The notes below the pieces were generated by a model. That model was not told the DNA's origin and ran no database searches. It saw only the letters and a program-made list of their open reading frames with translations. Position numbers and translations under genes: made by a program. Of a DNA stretch of 64,000 nucleotides, positions 51,233 through 62,341 are shown piece by piece. The stretch lies in the NCBI GenBank assembly GCA_034670305.1, contig JAXMNT010000004.1:96001-160000 (forward strand), in the 5' to 3' direction. This stretch comes from Deltaproteobacteria bacterium. GTDB lineage: Bacteria; Myxococcota_A; Polyangia; Polyangiales; Houyiibacteriaceae. Numbering within the stretch: the first letter of the stretch is position 1; each line of letters opens with the position of its first letter.

Positions 51233-53352
51233 TTCGTGGTCATCGAGGTGGAGCCGTCCCAGTCTTCGGGCGGCGCTTCGGCCATGAACGCACGGCATCG
51301 CGCCGCCATCCGCGCAGACGACATGTCCTCTCGGCCGAGGCCTTCGTACGCGGCGGCGGCGGCTTCGAAACCGGTCGCGGCGTCTTCGAACTTCCGAGCG
51401 CGGTAGGCGTCGAGCGCGGCGGCGTAGCGTTCGATCGCGGCCAGCTCCTCGTCGCTCACGTCGCCCACGGCCCCGCAGAGTTCGTGGATGAGCACCGCGT
51501 GGTCTTTGCCCTTCACCGCCACCCACTCGAGCGGGCGCAGCACCATGTGCTCGGCCACCTTCTTCGCGGTCTCGTCGCCGATGAGGATGCCGGTGCCGTA
51601 GTGTTTGTTCAGCGCTTCGAGCCGCGCGCCGAGGTTCACCGGATCGCCCATCACCGTGTAGTTGAGCCGGTCCGGTGCGCCGATGTTGCCCACCAGCATC
51701 TCGCCGGTGTTCACCCCGATGCGGGTATCGAGCCGCGGCAGCCCTTCTTTGGCCCACTTCTTCTGCAGCTCCGCGAGCGCCTTCTTCATCGCGAGCGCAC
51801 CGCGACACGCCGCGAGCGCGTGTTCCGCGTTGTCTCGGGGCGCACCCCAGAACGCCATGATGGCGTCGCCGATGTACTTGTCGACGGTGCCGCCCTCCGA
51901 CCGCACCGCGTGGCTCATCACGTCGAGGTACTCCGCCAACACCTGGACGAGCTCATCGGGTTTCAATCCCTCGGCCACGGTGGTGAACCCAGCGATGTCG
52001 CTGAAGAGCACGCTGAGCTCTTCCATGCGACCGCCGAGTTCGGCTTCTTCGCCGGTCAGGATGAGCTCCCGGACAAGCGCCTTCGGCACGTACTTGCCGA
52101 ACGAGCGCAGCGACCGTTTCATCCGGGACGTGGTGTCGCGCATGTCGTTCACCTCGCGCACGAACGACTCCGTCTCTTCGAGCGCCCCGTCTTCGACCTC
52201 GAACCGGCCGATGCGCACGAGCTCGTCCGCGATGACGCGCAGCGCGCCACTCACGCGGGTGGCGAAGAACGCACCGAGCACGATGGCGAGCAGGGCCGCC
52301 AAGAGCGCGATGAGCAAGGTCTGCCACGCTTGTTTGTGCACCTCCCCGAAGAAGTCGGACTCCGGCGCGACCACCACGACGCGCCAATCGATGCCACTGG
52401 ACTCCGGGAACCGCTCCACCATGCCGAGGTAGTCGCCGAACCGGATCTCGCCTTGATCGTGGCCGGACGCGGAGATGGCCTGCCACGCCTGCGCCAGCAT
52501 CGGGTCGGGGTGATCGCTGGCGCGCGCGATCGTGACCTCCCCATCGACCTCCGTGGTCGTTGCGCCTTCGGGGTGGCCCACGACCAGACCATCCGCGGTG
52601 ACGATGTACACCCGCCCGTTGTCGCCTACGGTCAACGTCGAAAGAAACTCGGAGAGGCCGCTCATCTCGTACTCGACCGCGAGCACACCCTTCGGTCCAG
52701 TCGGGCCGACCACGCGCCGCACGTACATGAAGCCAGGCTGCCGGACGGTCGCGAAGACGAACGGCTCCACCCAGCCGCCTTCTTCGGTGGCGTTCTGGTA
52801 CCAAGGCCGTTCGCGCGGGTCGTAGTTCGAGTCCGGCTGGGTGCCGAGTCGCGCGAAGCCCTGACCCGCCACCGGACGCAGTTCGCGCATCACGGTGTGG
52901 TTGAGGTCATTGGCATTGACCTGTGGACGGAGCGTGCGCCACGCGCCACGGATCTCCCCGTCCGGCAACCGGTGCACCGCGACGTAGCTGCCGTCCTCCG
53001 CGCCATAGCTCGCCCAGGTGAACTCTTGGTTGGCATCGATGGCTGCGTGAAAGTGCCGCAGCAAGTTCTCTGAGTCGTTCAGCCGCAAGCGGCCTTCCAG
53101 GGCCCCGCGGAGGGTGAGCTCCACATAGGGCGGCGCCGGTTCGAAGTACCGAAGGCTGCGCTGCATCGCGGAGCTCGAGATCTGCTGCGAGTAGCCCCGC
53201 CAGAGATGATCGACGATCCGCGACGAGCTCGAATAGGCGAGCAGCCCCACCCCGCCGGCCACCAGCACGATGAGCAGCACCACCACGGTCAGCAGCGTGG
53301 GACGCAGGGGCAACCCCCGCCGCACCGGCACTTCGTCCGCCTTCTCGACCAC
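51229..53352 (-). CDS. Class III adenylate/guanylate cyclase with Cache and HAMP domains
   Basis: Two TMs, YDPRERPWY (dCache), LFSDIAGFT, DKYIGDAIMAFW, NYTVMGDPVNLGARLE, VKGK; start approximate. Confidence 0.93.
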   Translation of the reverse strand: MVEKADEVPVRRGLPLRPTLLTVVVLLIVLVAGGVGLLAYSSSSRIVDHLWRGYSQQISSSAMQRSLRYFEPAPPYVELTLRGALEGRLRLNDSENLLRHFHAAIDANQEFTWASYGAEDGSYVAVHRLPDGEIRGAWRTLRPQVNANDLNHTVMRELRPVAGQGFARLGTQPDSNYDPRERPWYQNATEEGGWVEPFVFATVRQPGFMYVRRVVGPTGPKGVLAVEYEMSGLSEFLSTLTVGDNGRVYIVTADGLVVGHPEGATTTEVDGEVTIARASDHPDPMLAQAWQAISASGHDQGEIRFGDYLGMVERFPESSGIDWRVVVVAPESDFFGEVHKQAWQTLLIALLAALLAIVLGAFFATRVSGALRVIADELVRIGRFEVEDGALEETESFVREVNDMRDTTSRMKRSLRSFGKYVPKALVRELILTGEEAELGGRMEELSVLFSDIAGFTTVAEGLKPDELVQVLAEYLDVMSHAVRSEGGTVDKYIGDAIMAFWGAPRDNAEHALAACRGALAMKKALAELQKKWAKEGLPRLDTRIGVNTGEMLVGNIGAPDRLNYTVMGDPVNLGARLEALNKHYGTGILIGDETAKKVAEHMVLRPLEWVAVKGKDHAVLIHELCGAVGDVSDEELAAIERYAAALDAYRARKFEDAATGFEAAAAAYEGLGREDMSSARMAARCRAFMAEAPPEDWDGSTSMTTK

Positions 53353-53533
53353 CCCACCCCCTGTCGCGTGGCCACGCCAACGCCGGCCAAGCGTGCCAGA
53401 CCGGCCGTAGAAAATCTCCCTCTGGTTGAAACGTCCGGGTGTGCAGACTAGAACAAGTTCACGTGGGCCGACCGGCCTGCGTGGCCTCGGGTGGTGCTTT
53501 GGCCGACGTCTTTCTTGGGGTTGGAGTGGTGTG

Positions 53534-56500
53534 ATGAGGGGAACGACGAGGCGCAGCGCTGCGTGGCGCACGCTGATGGTGCTGGCGGTAGGAATCGCCG
53601 TGGGCTGCGGCGGGCCCGAGTTCGCCGATCCCACCGAAGAAGGCGACCGGCTCACGCTGGGTGGCCTGGTCTACATCATCCTGCACGACAACCTCGCGCA
53701 GGCCGAGACCTGCGGCCCCGATTACGCCAGCACCCTGGAGCTCGACCGCGACCGCTTCGTGCGGACCTTCGACCACACCATCAGCGAAGACATCGTCGAC
53801 GATCTACCCGAGCTGCTCGGCGGCACGCTCCTGCCGGTGGTCGACGACGGCAGCTTGCCGGAACTCACCGACGCGATCGCCGAAGCGATGGCGGTGATGA
53901 TCGACGACGAGCTGGACCCGGAGCGCACCACCCTCCGTTCCGCGCTGGAGATCAGCCAGACCCGGAGCGTGATCGAAGGCAGCCACGCGCTGGAGGCGAT
54001 GCGCCGGGTGCTCGCGGATCCGATGCTCCCCGACCGCATCCACGCGCTCGCCGAGCTCGCCGGTGAGTCCATCACCGCGGACCAAGACGTGGTCGGCGCG
54101 ATCCTCGCGCTGGCAGCCCGCAACCTGGAGAACGTCGGCGAAGAAGGCCCGTGCGGCGACCTCGAAGTCGAAGGCCTGGCCGACACCCTGCTCCGCGAAG
54201 AGGGGTACACCCCGGTCCGCGAGTACGGCGCACCCGCCTGGGTCGTGCGCGCGGACGACCACGGCAACCCGCGCCTCTTGGGCAGCATCTCCGCGCCCTT
54301 CGTCGACGCGGACCGCGACGGCAACGCCGACGTCGACGAACGCGGCTACCCCGTCGACGCGGCCGGCGTGCGGATCGAACGCGACGCGTTCGGAAGCGGC
54401 GATGGGTACGACGACGAAGGGCGCGCGGTACGCGCAGACGGCACGCTTCTCTACGAGTACGTCGACGTGAAACAGACCACGCTCGGACACGTGCTGCAGA
54501 TGGGACGCCGCGCGCTCGACGCGGACGTGCACCGCGACTTCATCGTGGTGGCCGAAGCGGTCCTCGGCGACACCCGCGCGTGCACCGCCGCCGAAGCGGA
54601 CGGTGACCCGATCGGCTGCGTCACCTTTCCCGACGAAGACAACCCGGCCGCGGACGCCGTGTTCGTCTTGATGGAGATGCTTCGGGACCCCCGCGCCAAA
54701 GGGCTCATCGGCACGCTCGCCCAGCTGCTCCAGGACGAACCCGAGCTGGCCGAAGAGCTGCTGGTGGAGCTCGGCAAAGTGGTCGCCGCGTTCGAAGCGA
54801 GCGAGCTCTCCATCACGGACCGCAGCCTCATCGAGACCGCGATCGCAGTGCTTCCGCTCCTCGACCGGACCTTCGAAGCGGATGCGGACGGAGAGTCGAC
54901 CGGGCACCTCTTGCTCGATGTCGTGCACGAGCTCGGCGCCGAAGAACGCCGGCACCCGGTCAGCACGCAGATCGGCTGGATCGTGGACTACGCGCAGCTC
55001 TCGAAAGACCCGGCGTGTTCCGAAGAAGCGCCGGACTTCGCGATGAGTGTGCCCGTCGACTACGACCGGCCGCGCTACTACACGAGCGGCGGCACCGCCG
55101 TCGACAACCGCTCCGCGCTGGAGCAGGTCATCGAACTGCTCGACATCGCGAACTGCGGCGAGGTGCCCTTCTCGGGCGGCAAGACCGTCGCCTACGTCGC
55201 GCTCGATCTGCTCGCCGATCGCGACCCGAGCGAGGTCTGCTCGCTCATCGACGTGTTGCTCGGCGTCATGGACGTCGGCGGCGGTGCGAGCGACTTCCTG
55301 GTGGGCGGCGCGCTCGATCTCATCGGCTGCGACGGAGACCGCGTCGTGCCGGCGCTTCGGTCGCTCGATGCCCTCGCCCAGAGCGGCGCACTCGACTGGC
55401 TCTTGCCCGTCGCGAAGATCTTCAAGGAACGCGGCCAGCTCGATCTCTTGATCGAGATCCTGACCTTCGTGGCCGAAGACCTGCGGCTCGACGAAGACGG
55501 CGACCCGGGCACCAACAGCATCGTGCGGCGCGCGTTGCCGCCGCTCTCGGACTTGCTCGAGAGCGACGCCCCCGACGTGCTCTGGCAGCTGCTCGATCGC
55601 ATGCAGACGATCCCGGCGCGTGGCGACGTCGGCGGCGACGGCACCATGGCCGACGCGTTGGTCGATGCGATCTCGCTCGCCGTCGAAGAAGGCACCGTGC
55701 AGACCCGTGGCGGTCCGGTGGCGGAGACGTCGCTCGGCCGCGAGCTGCTCTTGCCGGTGCGCGACATCACCGACCGGCTGCGGACCGGCCGCGCGCGCGA
55801 CGAGTTCGACCGCCTGCTCGACTACGTCACGAGCGGACTGACCGAGACCACCACCGAAGGCGGGCGCGAAGTGCTCGCGAACCGGAACCTCCTGCCGCTC
55901 GGCGCGGAGCTGCTCGACGTCGCCGATCGGGTGCTCGACCAACCGCCCGCGCGCTACGCGTGCTGGGTCGGCGAAGCGCAGGATGGCGCGGTGTCCCTCG
56001 TGACGGGTCGTGAGCTCGCGACCCTCGTACGCATCGCGGACCGGCTGGAGCGATCATCCGACGGACAGGTCGCCGAAGACTGGATCGTCGAGATGATCAC
56101 CCCCCGTCCGGCCGCCCCGGACCACGAACTCTACGGACCGCTGCTCCAGGTCATCGGCGGTGCCGCGGGAAGCAACGTCGACACTGATCAGTTCGGCCCG
56201 CTCCTGCGCTGGCTGGGAGACGTGGCGCGGCAGCGCACCGAAGACGGCGGGGAGCTGCTCGCGTCGATGGACCGGCTGCTCCAGAGCGACGAAGACCGCG
56301 TGATGCTCGGCATCGCGGAGAACTTCCTCACCCCCTACGACTGGACCGAAGAGAACCCGGCGCAGGCGGAGACCCCCATCGAGAGCTACAGCGACATCGC
56401 GGGCTCCGTGACCGACGTGACCCCGGTCGACGCGGGACCCATGTGCACCGTCGATCCGGACCTCCGGCTCTCCCTGGAAGACGCGGAAGAGACCCTCGGC

Positions 56501-56602
56501 GGCATCGTCGACTTCCTGCAGGACGCGGAGACCGGCATGGGGGCCATCTGGGCCCTCATCGGCCAGCGACGCGACGGACCCGCCGCCCGGGCCGGCGACT
56601 AG
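53534..56602 (+). CDS. Large acidic lipoprotein of unknown function
   Basis: Lipobox AVGC; ~1020 aa, helical and acidic; DADRDGNADVD calcium-binding-like loop. Confidence 0.75.
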   Translation: MRGTTRRSAAWRTLMVLAVGIAVGCGGPEFADPTEEGDRLTLGGLVYIILHDNLAQAETCGPDYASTLELDRDRFVRTFDHTISEDIVDDLPELLGGTLLPVVDDGSLPELTDAIAEAMAVMIDDELDPERTTLRSALEISQTRSVIEGSHALEAMRRVLADPMLPDRIHALAELAGESITADQDVVGAILALAARNLENVGEEGPCGDLEVEGLADTLLREEGYTPVREYGAPAWVVRADDHGNPRLLGSISAPFVDADRDGNADVDERGYPVDAAGVRIERDAFGSGDGYDDEGRAVRADGTLLYEYVDVKQTTLGHVLQMGRRALDADVHRDFIVVAEAVLGDTRACTAAEADGDPIGCVTFPDEDNPAADAVFVLMEMLRDPRAKGLIGTLAQLLQDEPELAEELLVELGKVVAAFEASELSITDRSLIETAIAVLPLLDRTFEADADGESTGHLLLDVVHELGAEERRHPVSTQIGWIVDYAQLSKDPACSEEAPDFAMSVPVDYDRPRYYTSGGTAVDNRSALEQVIELLDIANCGEVPFSGGKTVAYVALDLLADRDPSEVCSLIDVLLGVMDVGGGASDFLVGGALDLIGCDGDRVVPALRSLDALAQSGALDWLLPVAKIFKERGQLDLLIEILTFVAEDLRLDEDGDPGTNSIVRRALPPLSDLLESDAPDVLWQLLDRMQTIPARGDVGGDGTMADALVDAISLAVEEGTVQTRGGPVAETSLGRELLLPVRDITDRLRTGRARDEFDRLLDYVTSGLTETTTEGGREVLANRNLLPLGAELLDVADRVLDQPPARYACWVGEAQDGAVSLVTGRELATLVRIADRLERSSDGQVAEDWIVEMITPRPAAPDHELYGPLLQVIGGAAGSNVDTDQFGPLLRWLGDVARQRTEDGGELLASMDRLLQSDEDRVMLGIAENFLTPYDWTEENPAQAETPIESYSDIAGSVTDVTPVDAGPMCTVDPDLRLSLEDAEETLGGIVDFLQDAETGMGAIWALIGQRRDGPAARAGD

Positions 56603-56619
56603 ACCCACCCACCAAGACG

Positions 56620-57981
56620 ATGCGCATGTACCGCTCCTTCACCGCGCGCCGGCTCGCGTGTCTCCTCGTTTGTCTGTTCGGCGTGCCTTCGCTGGCTGCT
56701 GCCAACACGCCGGAAGACGTGCAAGGCATCGGCGCACGCACCAACGCCATGGGTGGCGCCGGCACCGCGCTCGCGACGGACTTCGGCGCGACCTACTACG
56801 CGCCCGCCAACCTCGCGTACTGCGAGAACAGCGGGCTGAGCATCGACGTGCGCCACACCCACTACGAGCTCGAGACGCGCGACACCCAGCCGGGCGATCC
56901 GGAGCCCGAAGAGCTGCGCGACCAGACCCGCCTCACCGCCGGTTTCTGCAACCTGCTGCCGTACAACTTCAGCTTCGGTCTCATCTTCGGGCTCGGGCTG
57001 CAGAACCCGATGACGCTCGACCAGACCACCCTGAACGAGAAGCCGCAGTTCGCCTTGTACGGCGAAGCACTCGAGCAGCTGACCATCGGTCTCGGCCTCG
57101 GGCTGCGCATCGTGCCGGAGTTCAGCCTCGGGCTCGGCGTGAGCATCCTCGTGCGCAGCAACCTCGTCGTCGACGTCGGCATTCCGGTGGTCGACGACTC
57201 GGACGTCTCCGCGTCGCTGCACTGGGACCTCGGCCTCGCGGCGAGTCTGATCGTAAGCGCACACGCGGAGCCGGTTCCGGGGCTGCACTTCGCCGCGACG
57301 TACCGGAGCGCGCTCTTTCACGATCTGGACGCGCCCATCGACGCCGAGATCGAAGTCGCGGGCGTCTTCCTCGACGTCGAGATCTTGCTCGAGTCCGCCG
57401 CTTGGTACTCGCCTCAATCCTTCGCCATCGGGGCGGCCTGGGACCCGGTGAAGACCTTGACCGTCGCGTTCGACCTCACTTGGCACGACTGGTCCGCGCA
57501 CCCCGGCCCGTTCTTGATCATGTCGCCGATCGGCGACGACGGAGTCAGCGCGTCGCTGCGCTACCCACCGCGCGAGAACCAGGGTTTCAAAGACATCTGG
57601 GTGCCGAAACTCGGCGCCGAGTACCGCATCCGCGACGGCCACGTCGCGTTCCGGGCCGGCTACGCGTTCCGTCCCTCCATCTTGCCGCCCCCCTCGGGCG
57701 CACCGAACGACACCCAGATCGCGAACCTGCTCGACGCGAACGTGCACTCCATCTCACTCGGCGGCGGCTACTTCTTCGGCGACCGCCCCCACGAGTTCGA
57801 AGGCGAACCAGCGAACCCGTACGTGCGCGGCGCCAACGGCAGCATCGATCTCTACGTCCGCATCCACCACATGACGACGACCCACGTGCAACGCGCCGAC
57901 CCAACCACCGTGCTCGGCGCGTACAGTTACGGAGGCAACGTGGTGGACATCGGCCTTCAGTTCTCCCTCGGCTGGTTCTGA
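56620..57981 (+). CDS. OmpP1/FadL-family outer membrane transporter
   Basis: Signal peptide; GARTNAMGGAGTA...YYAPANL (FadL hatch motif); RAGYAFRPS; C-terminal Phe. Confidence 0.85.
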   Translation: MRMYRSFTARRLACLLVCLFGVPSLAAANTPEDVQGIGARTNAMGGAGTALATDFGATYYAPANLAYCENSGLSIDVRHTHYELETRDTQPGDPEPEELRDQTRLTAGFCNLLPYNFSFGLIFGLGLQNPMTLDQTTLNEKPQFALYGEALEQLTIGLGLGLRIVPEFSLGLGVSILVRSNLVVDVGIPVVDDSDVSASLHWDLGLAASLIVSAHAEPVPGLHFAATYRSALFHDLDAPIDAEIEVAGVFLDVEILLESAAWYSPQSFAIGAAWDPVKTLTVAFDLTWHDWSAHPGPFLIMSPIGDDGVSASLRYPPRENQGFKDIWVPKLGAEYRIRDGHVAFRAGYAFRPSILPPPSGAPNDTQIANLLDANVHSISLGGGYFFGDRPHEFEGEPANPYVRGANGSIDLYVRIHHMTTTHVQRADPTTVLGAYSYGGNVVDIGLQFSLGWF

Positions 57982-57995
57982 AGGCCCGAAGGGCC

Positions 57996-58410
<415 letters not shown>

Positions 58411-58427
58411 AGTCCCGAGCCCGCCGC

Positions 58428-59933
<1,506 letters not shown>

Positions 59934-60056
59934 AGCGCCGAGCATAGCGCCCGCGTCTTCGACCGCATCGAGAATCACAGACACGTTTCCCTCGAACCCA
60001 GGCGCCTGGTCGCGGGAGCGTATGCGTGGAAACGAGTTGCTGCTAAACCAGCGCGC

Positions 60057-61322
60057 ATGACGACCCTGCCCGGCTCCGAAGCCCCCCTCGCCGACATCGA
60101 CCCGACCATCGCTGGGCTCATCCAGAAGGAGTCGAAGCGCCAGCATCGGACCTTCCGGCTCATCCCGAGCGAGAACTACGCGTACCCCGCGGTGATGGAA
60201 GCCTGCGGCTCGGTGCTGAACAACAAGTACTCCGAGGGGTACGCCGGGCGCCGGTATTACGAGGGCCAAGAAGTCATCGACGAGGTCGAGTCGCTCGCCA
60301 TCGAACGGCTCAAGACCCTCTTCGGCTGCGACCACGCGAACGTGCAGTGCTACTCCGGCAGCCCCGCCAACCTCGCGGTGTACCTCGCGTTCTGTCAGCC
60401 GGGCGACACCATCCTCGGCATGGGCCTGCCGAGCGGCGGACACCTCACCCACGGCTGGGGCGTGAGCATCACCGGCAAGTACTTCAACGCCGTCCAGTAT
60501 GGCGTGCGCAAAGACGACCACCGCATCGACATGGACGAGGTCGCGGCGCTCGCGAAGGAGCACAAGCCGAAGCTCATCTTCTGCGGCGCCACCGCTTACC
60601 CCCGCGCGATCGACTTCGCTGCGTTCGCGGAGATCGCGGCGTCGGTCGACGCGGTGCTCGTCGCCGACATGGCCCACATCTCCGGCCTCGTCGCCGGCGG
60701 TGCGCACAGCTCCCCGGTCGGCCACGCGGGCGTCGTGACCAGCACCACCCACAAGACCTTCCGCGGCCCGCGCGGCGGCATGATCCTCTGCGACGCCGCC
60801 CACAAGAAGGCCATCGACCGCGCCGTCTTTCCGGGCCTGCAGGGCGGACCGCACAACGGCACCACCGCCGGCATCGCCATCGCCGCCGAGCTCGCCGGCA
60901 CCGACGACTTCCGGGCCTATGCGGCCAACATCGTGAAGAACGCCCAGACCCTTGGCGAGACGCTCATGGAGCGCGGCATCGATCTCATCACCGGCGGCAC
61001 CGACAACCACCTCTTGCTCGCGGACCTGACCAGCAAAGAAGTGCCCGGCAAGGTCGCCGCGAAGGCGCTCGATCGCGCAGGCATCGTCTGCAACTACAAC
61101 TCGATCCCCTTCGACCCGCGCAAGCCCTTCGACCCGAGCGGCATCCGGCTCGGCACGCCTGCGGTGACCGCGCGCGCGATGGGCGAACAAGAGATGAAGG
61201 CGCTCGGCAACTGGATGGCGGACGTCATCGAAGCGCCGACCGACGAAGCGCTGCAAGCCCGCATCGCCAGCGACGTCGCCAACCTCTGCGACCGCTTCCC
61301 CGCCCCAGGGGTGATTGGCTAA
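60057..61322 (+). CDS. glyA: Serine hydroxymethyltransferase
   Basis: LIPSENY, NKYSEGY, GGHLTHG, DMAHISGL, STTHKTFRGPRGG (PLP Lys), GIRLGTP. Confidence 0.97.
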   Translation: MTTLPGSEAPLADIDPTIAGLIQKESKRQHRTFRLIPSENYAYPAVMEACGSVLNNKYSEGYAGRRYYEGQEVIDEVESLAIERLKTLFGCDHANVQCYSGSPANLAVYLAFCQPGDTILGMGLPSGGHLTHGWGVSITGKYFNAVQYGVRKDDHRIDMDEVAALAKEHKPKLIFCGATAYPRAIDFAAFAEIAASVDAVLVADMAHISGLVAGGAHSSPVGHAGVVTSTTHKTFRGPRGGMILCDAAHKKAIDRAVFPGLQGGPHNGTTAGIAIAAELAGTDDFRAYAANIVKNAQTLGETLMERGIDLITGGTDNHLLLADLTSKEVPGKVAAKALDRAGIVCNYNSIPFDPRKPFDPSGIRLGTPAVTARAMGEQEMKALGNWMADVIEAPTDEALQARIASDVANLCDRFPAPGVIG

Positions 61323-61350
61323 ACAACACGGGCGGCCGTAGACTGAGGCG

Positions 61351-62025
61351 ATGGGTGCGGTTGCTGTTCATTGGACGCCGCTCACGCGGACTCGGGCGCG
61401 TACGGTGCTCGGCTGCGTGAAGCGGGTGCTCGCGGATTCGAACCGCACCCTCGACATCGTCACGGCCGAAGAGATCACCGGGCAAGCGCAGCTCGCCCAT
61501 CTGCTCGCGGAGGGCGTCTTCGACACCGACGAAGGCCGCGCGCTGATGGCCACCCGGCCGCACCTCGCCGACGTCGACATGGACGAGATGCGCGCGCTGC
61601 CCCTCGGCAGCCTCGGCCGCGCGTGGGTGGACTTCCTCGACAACCACAACCTCTCGATCGAACTCACCAAACAGCCGACGCCCTACACGGAAGACCCCGA
61701 CTCGGCCTACGTCCTGCACCGCATCCGCCAGAGCCACGATCTCTGGCACGTGCTGCTCGGCCTCGGCGTGCGCGGACACGAAGAGGTGCTGGTGCACGCG
61801 TTCTCGCTCGCCCAGACCGGCCTACCCGCATCGATCGCGATCATCTTCTTCGGCGCGCTCAAACACATGGTCGGCGAACGCCGCTGGTCGGTGCTCCGAC
61901 ACGACGTGCGCCGCGCGTACGAACGCGGCCGGCACGCGAAGCCGTTGCTGGCGGTGCATTGGGAGACGCACATGCATCGCGGGCTCGACGAGGTGCGGGC
62001 CGCGTACGGCGTCGAACCGATCTAG
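61351..62025 (+). CDS. Coq4-family protein
   Basis: LPLGSLGRAW, R..QSHDLWHVLLG...EE metal motif (HDxxH-x11-E type). Confidence 0.85.
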   Translation: MGAVAVHWTPLTRTRARTVLGCVKRVLADSNRTLDIVTAEEITGQAQLAHLLAEGVFDTDEGRALMATRPHLADVDMDEMRALPLGSLGRAWVDFLDNHNLSIELTKQPTPYTEDPDSAYVLHRIRQSHDLWHVLLGLGVRGHEEVLVHAFSLAQTGLPASIAIIFFGALKHMVGERRWSVLRHDVRRAYERGRHAKPLLAVHWETHMHRGLDEVRAAYGVEPI

Positions 62026-62080
62026 CCGCGGCCGGGCGCGTGCAGTCGATCGAGCGCCCACCCGAAGCCCAGGCCCACGA

Positions 62081-62315
62081 CGCCGAACCCGAAGCAGAAG
62101 CAGAAGCAGAAGCAGCAGCAGAAGCAGAAGCAGACGGCGACGCCGAAGCAGACGCCGAAGGCGACGCCGAAGCCGACGCCGAAGCCGAACCCGAAGCAGA
62201 AGCCGACGCCGACGCCGAAGCCGACGCCGAAGCCGAATCCGAAGCCGAAGCAGAAGCCGAACCCGAAGCCGAACCCGAAGCCGACGCCGACGCCGACGCC
62301 GAGGCCGACGCCGAC
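62081..62315. repeat. Hexamer tract (GCAGAA/GCCGAA/GCCGAC)n
   Basis: Direct reading; between convergent genes. Confidence 0.92.
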
Positions 62316-62341
62316 CGGGTGCACGCCGAGGGTTGGGTGGT

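Noticed and set aside
37415-57981. tRNA-integrated genomic island after tRNA-Val(TAC) (likewise after tRNA-Val(CAC))
   Set aside because: No integrase, no duplicated tRNA 3' end found, no obvious compositional shift
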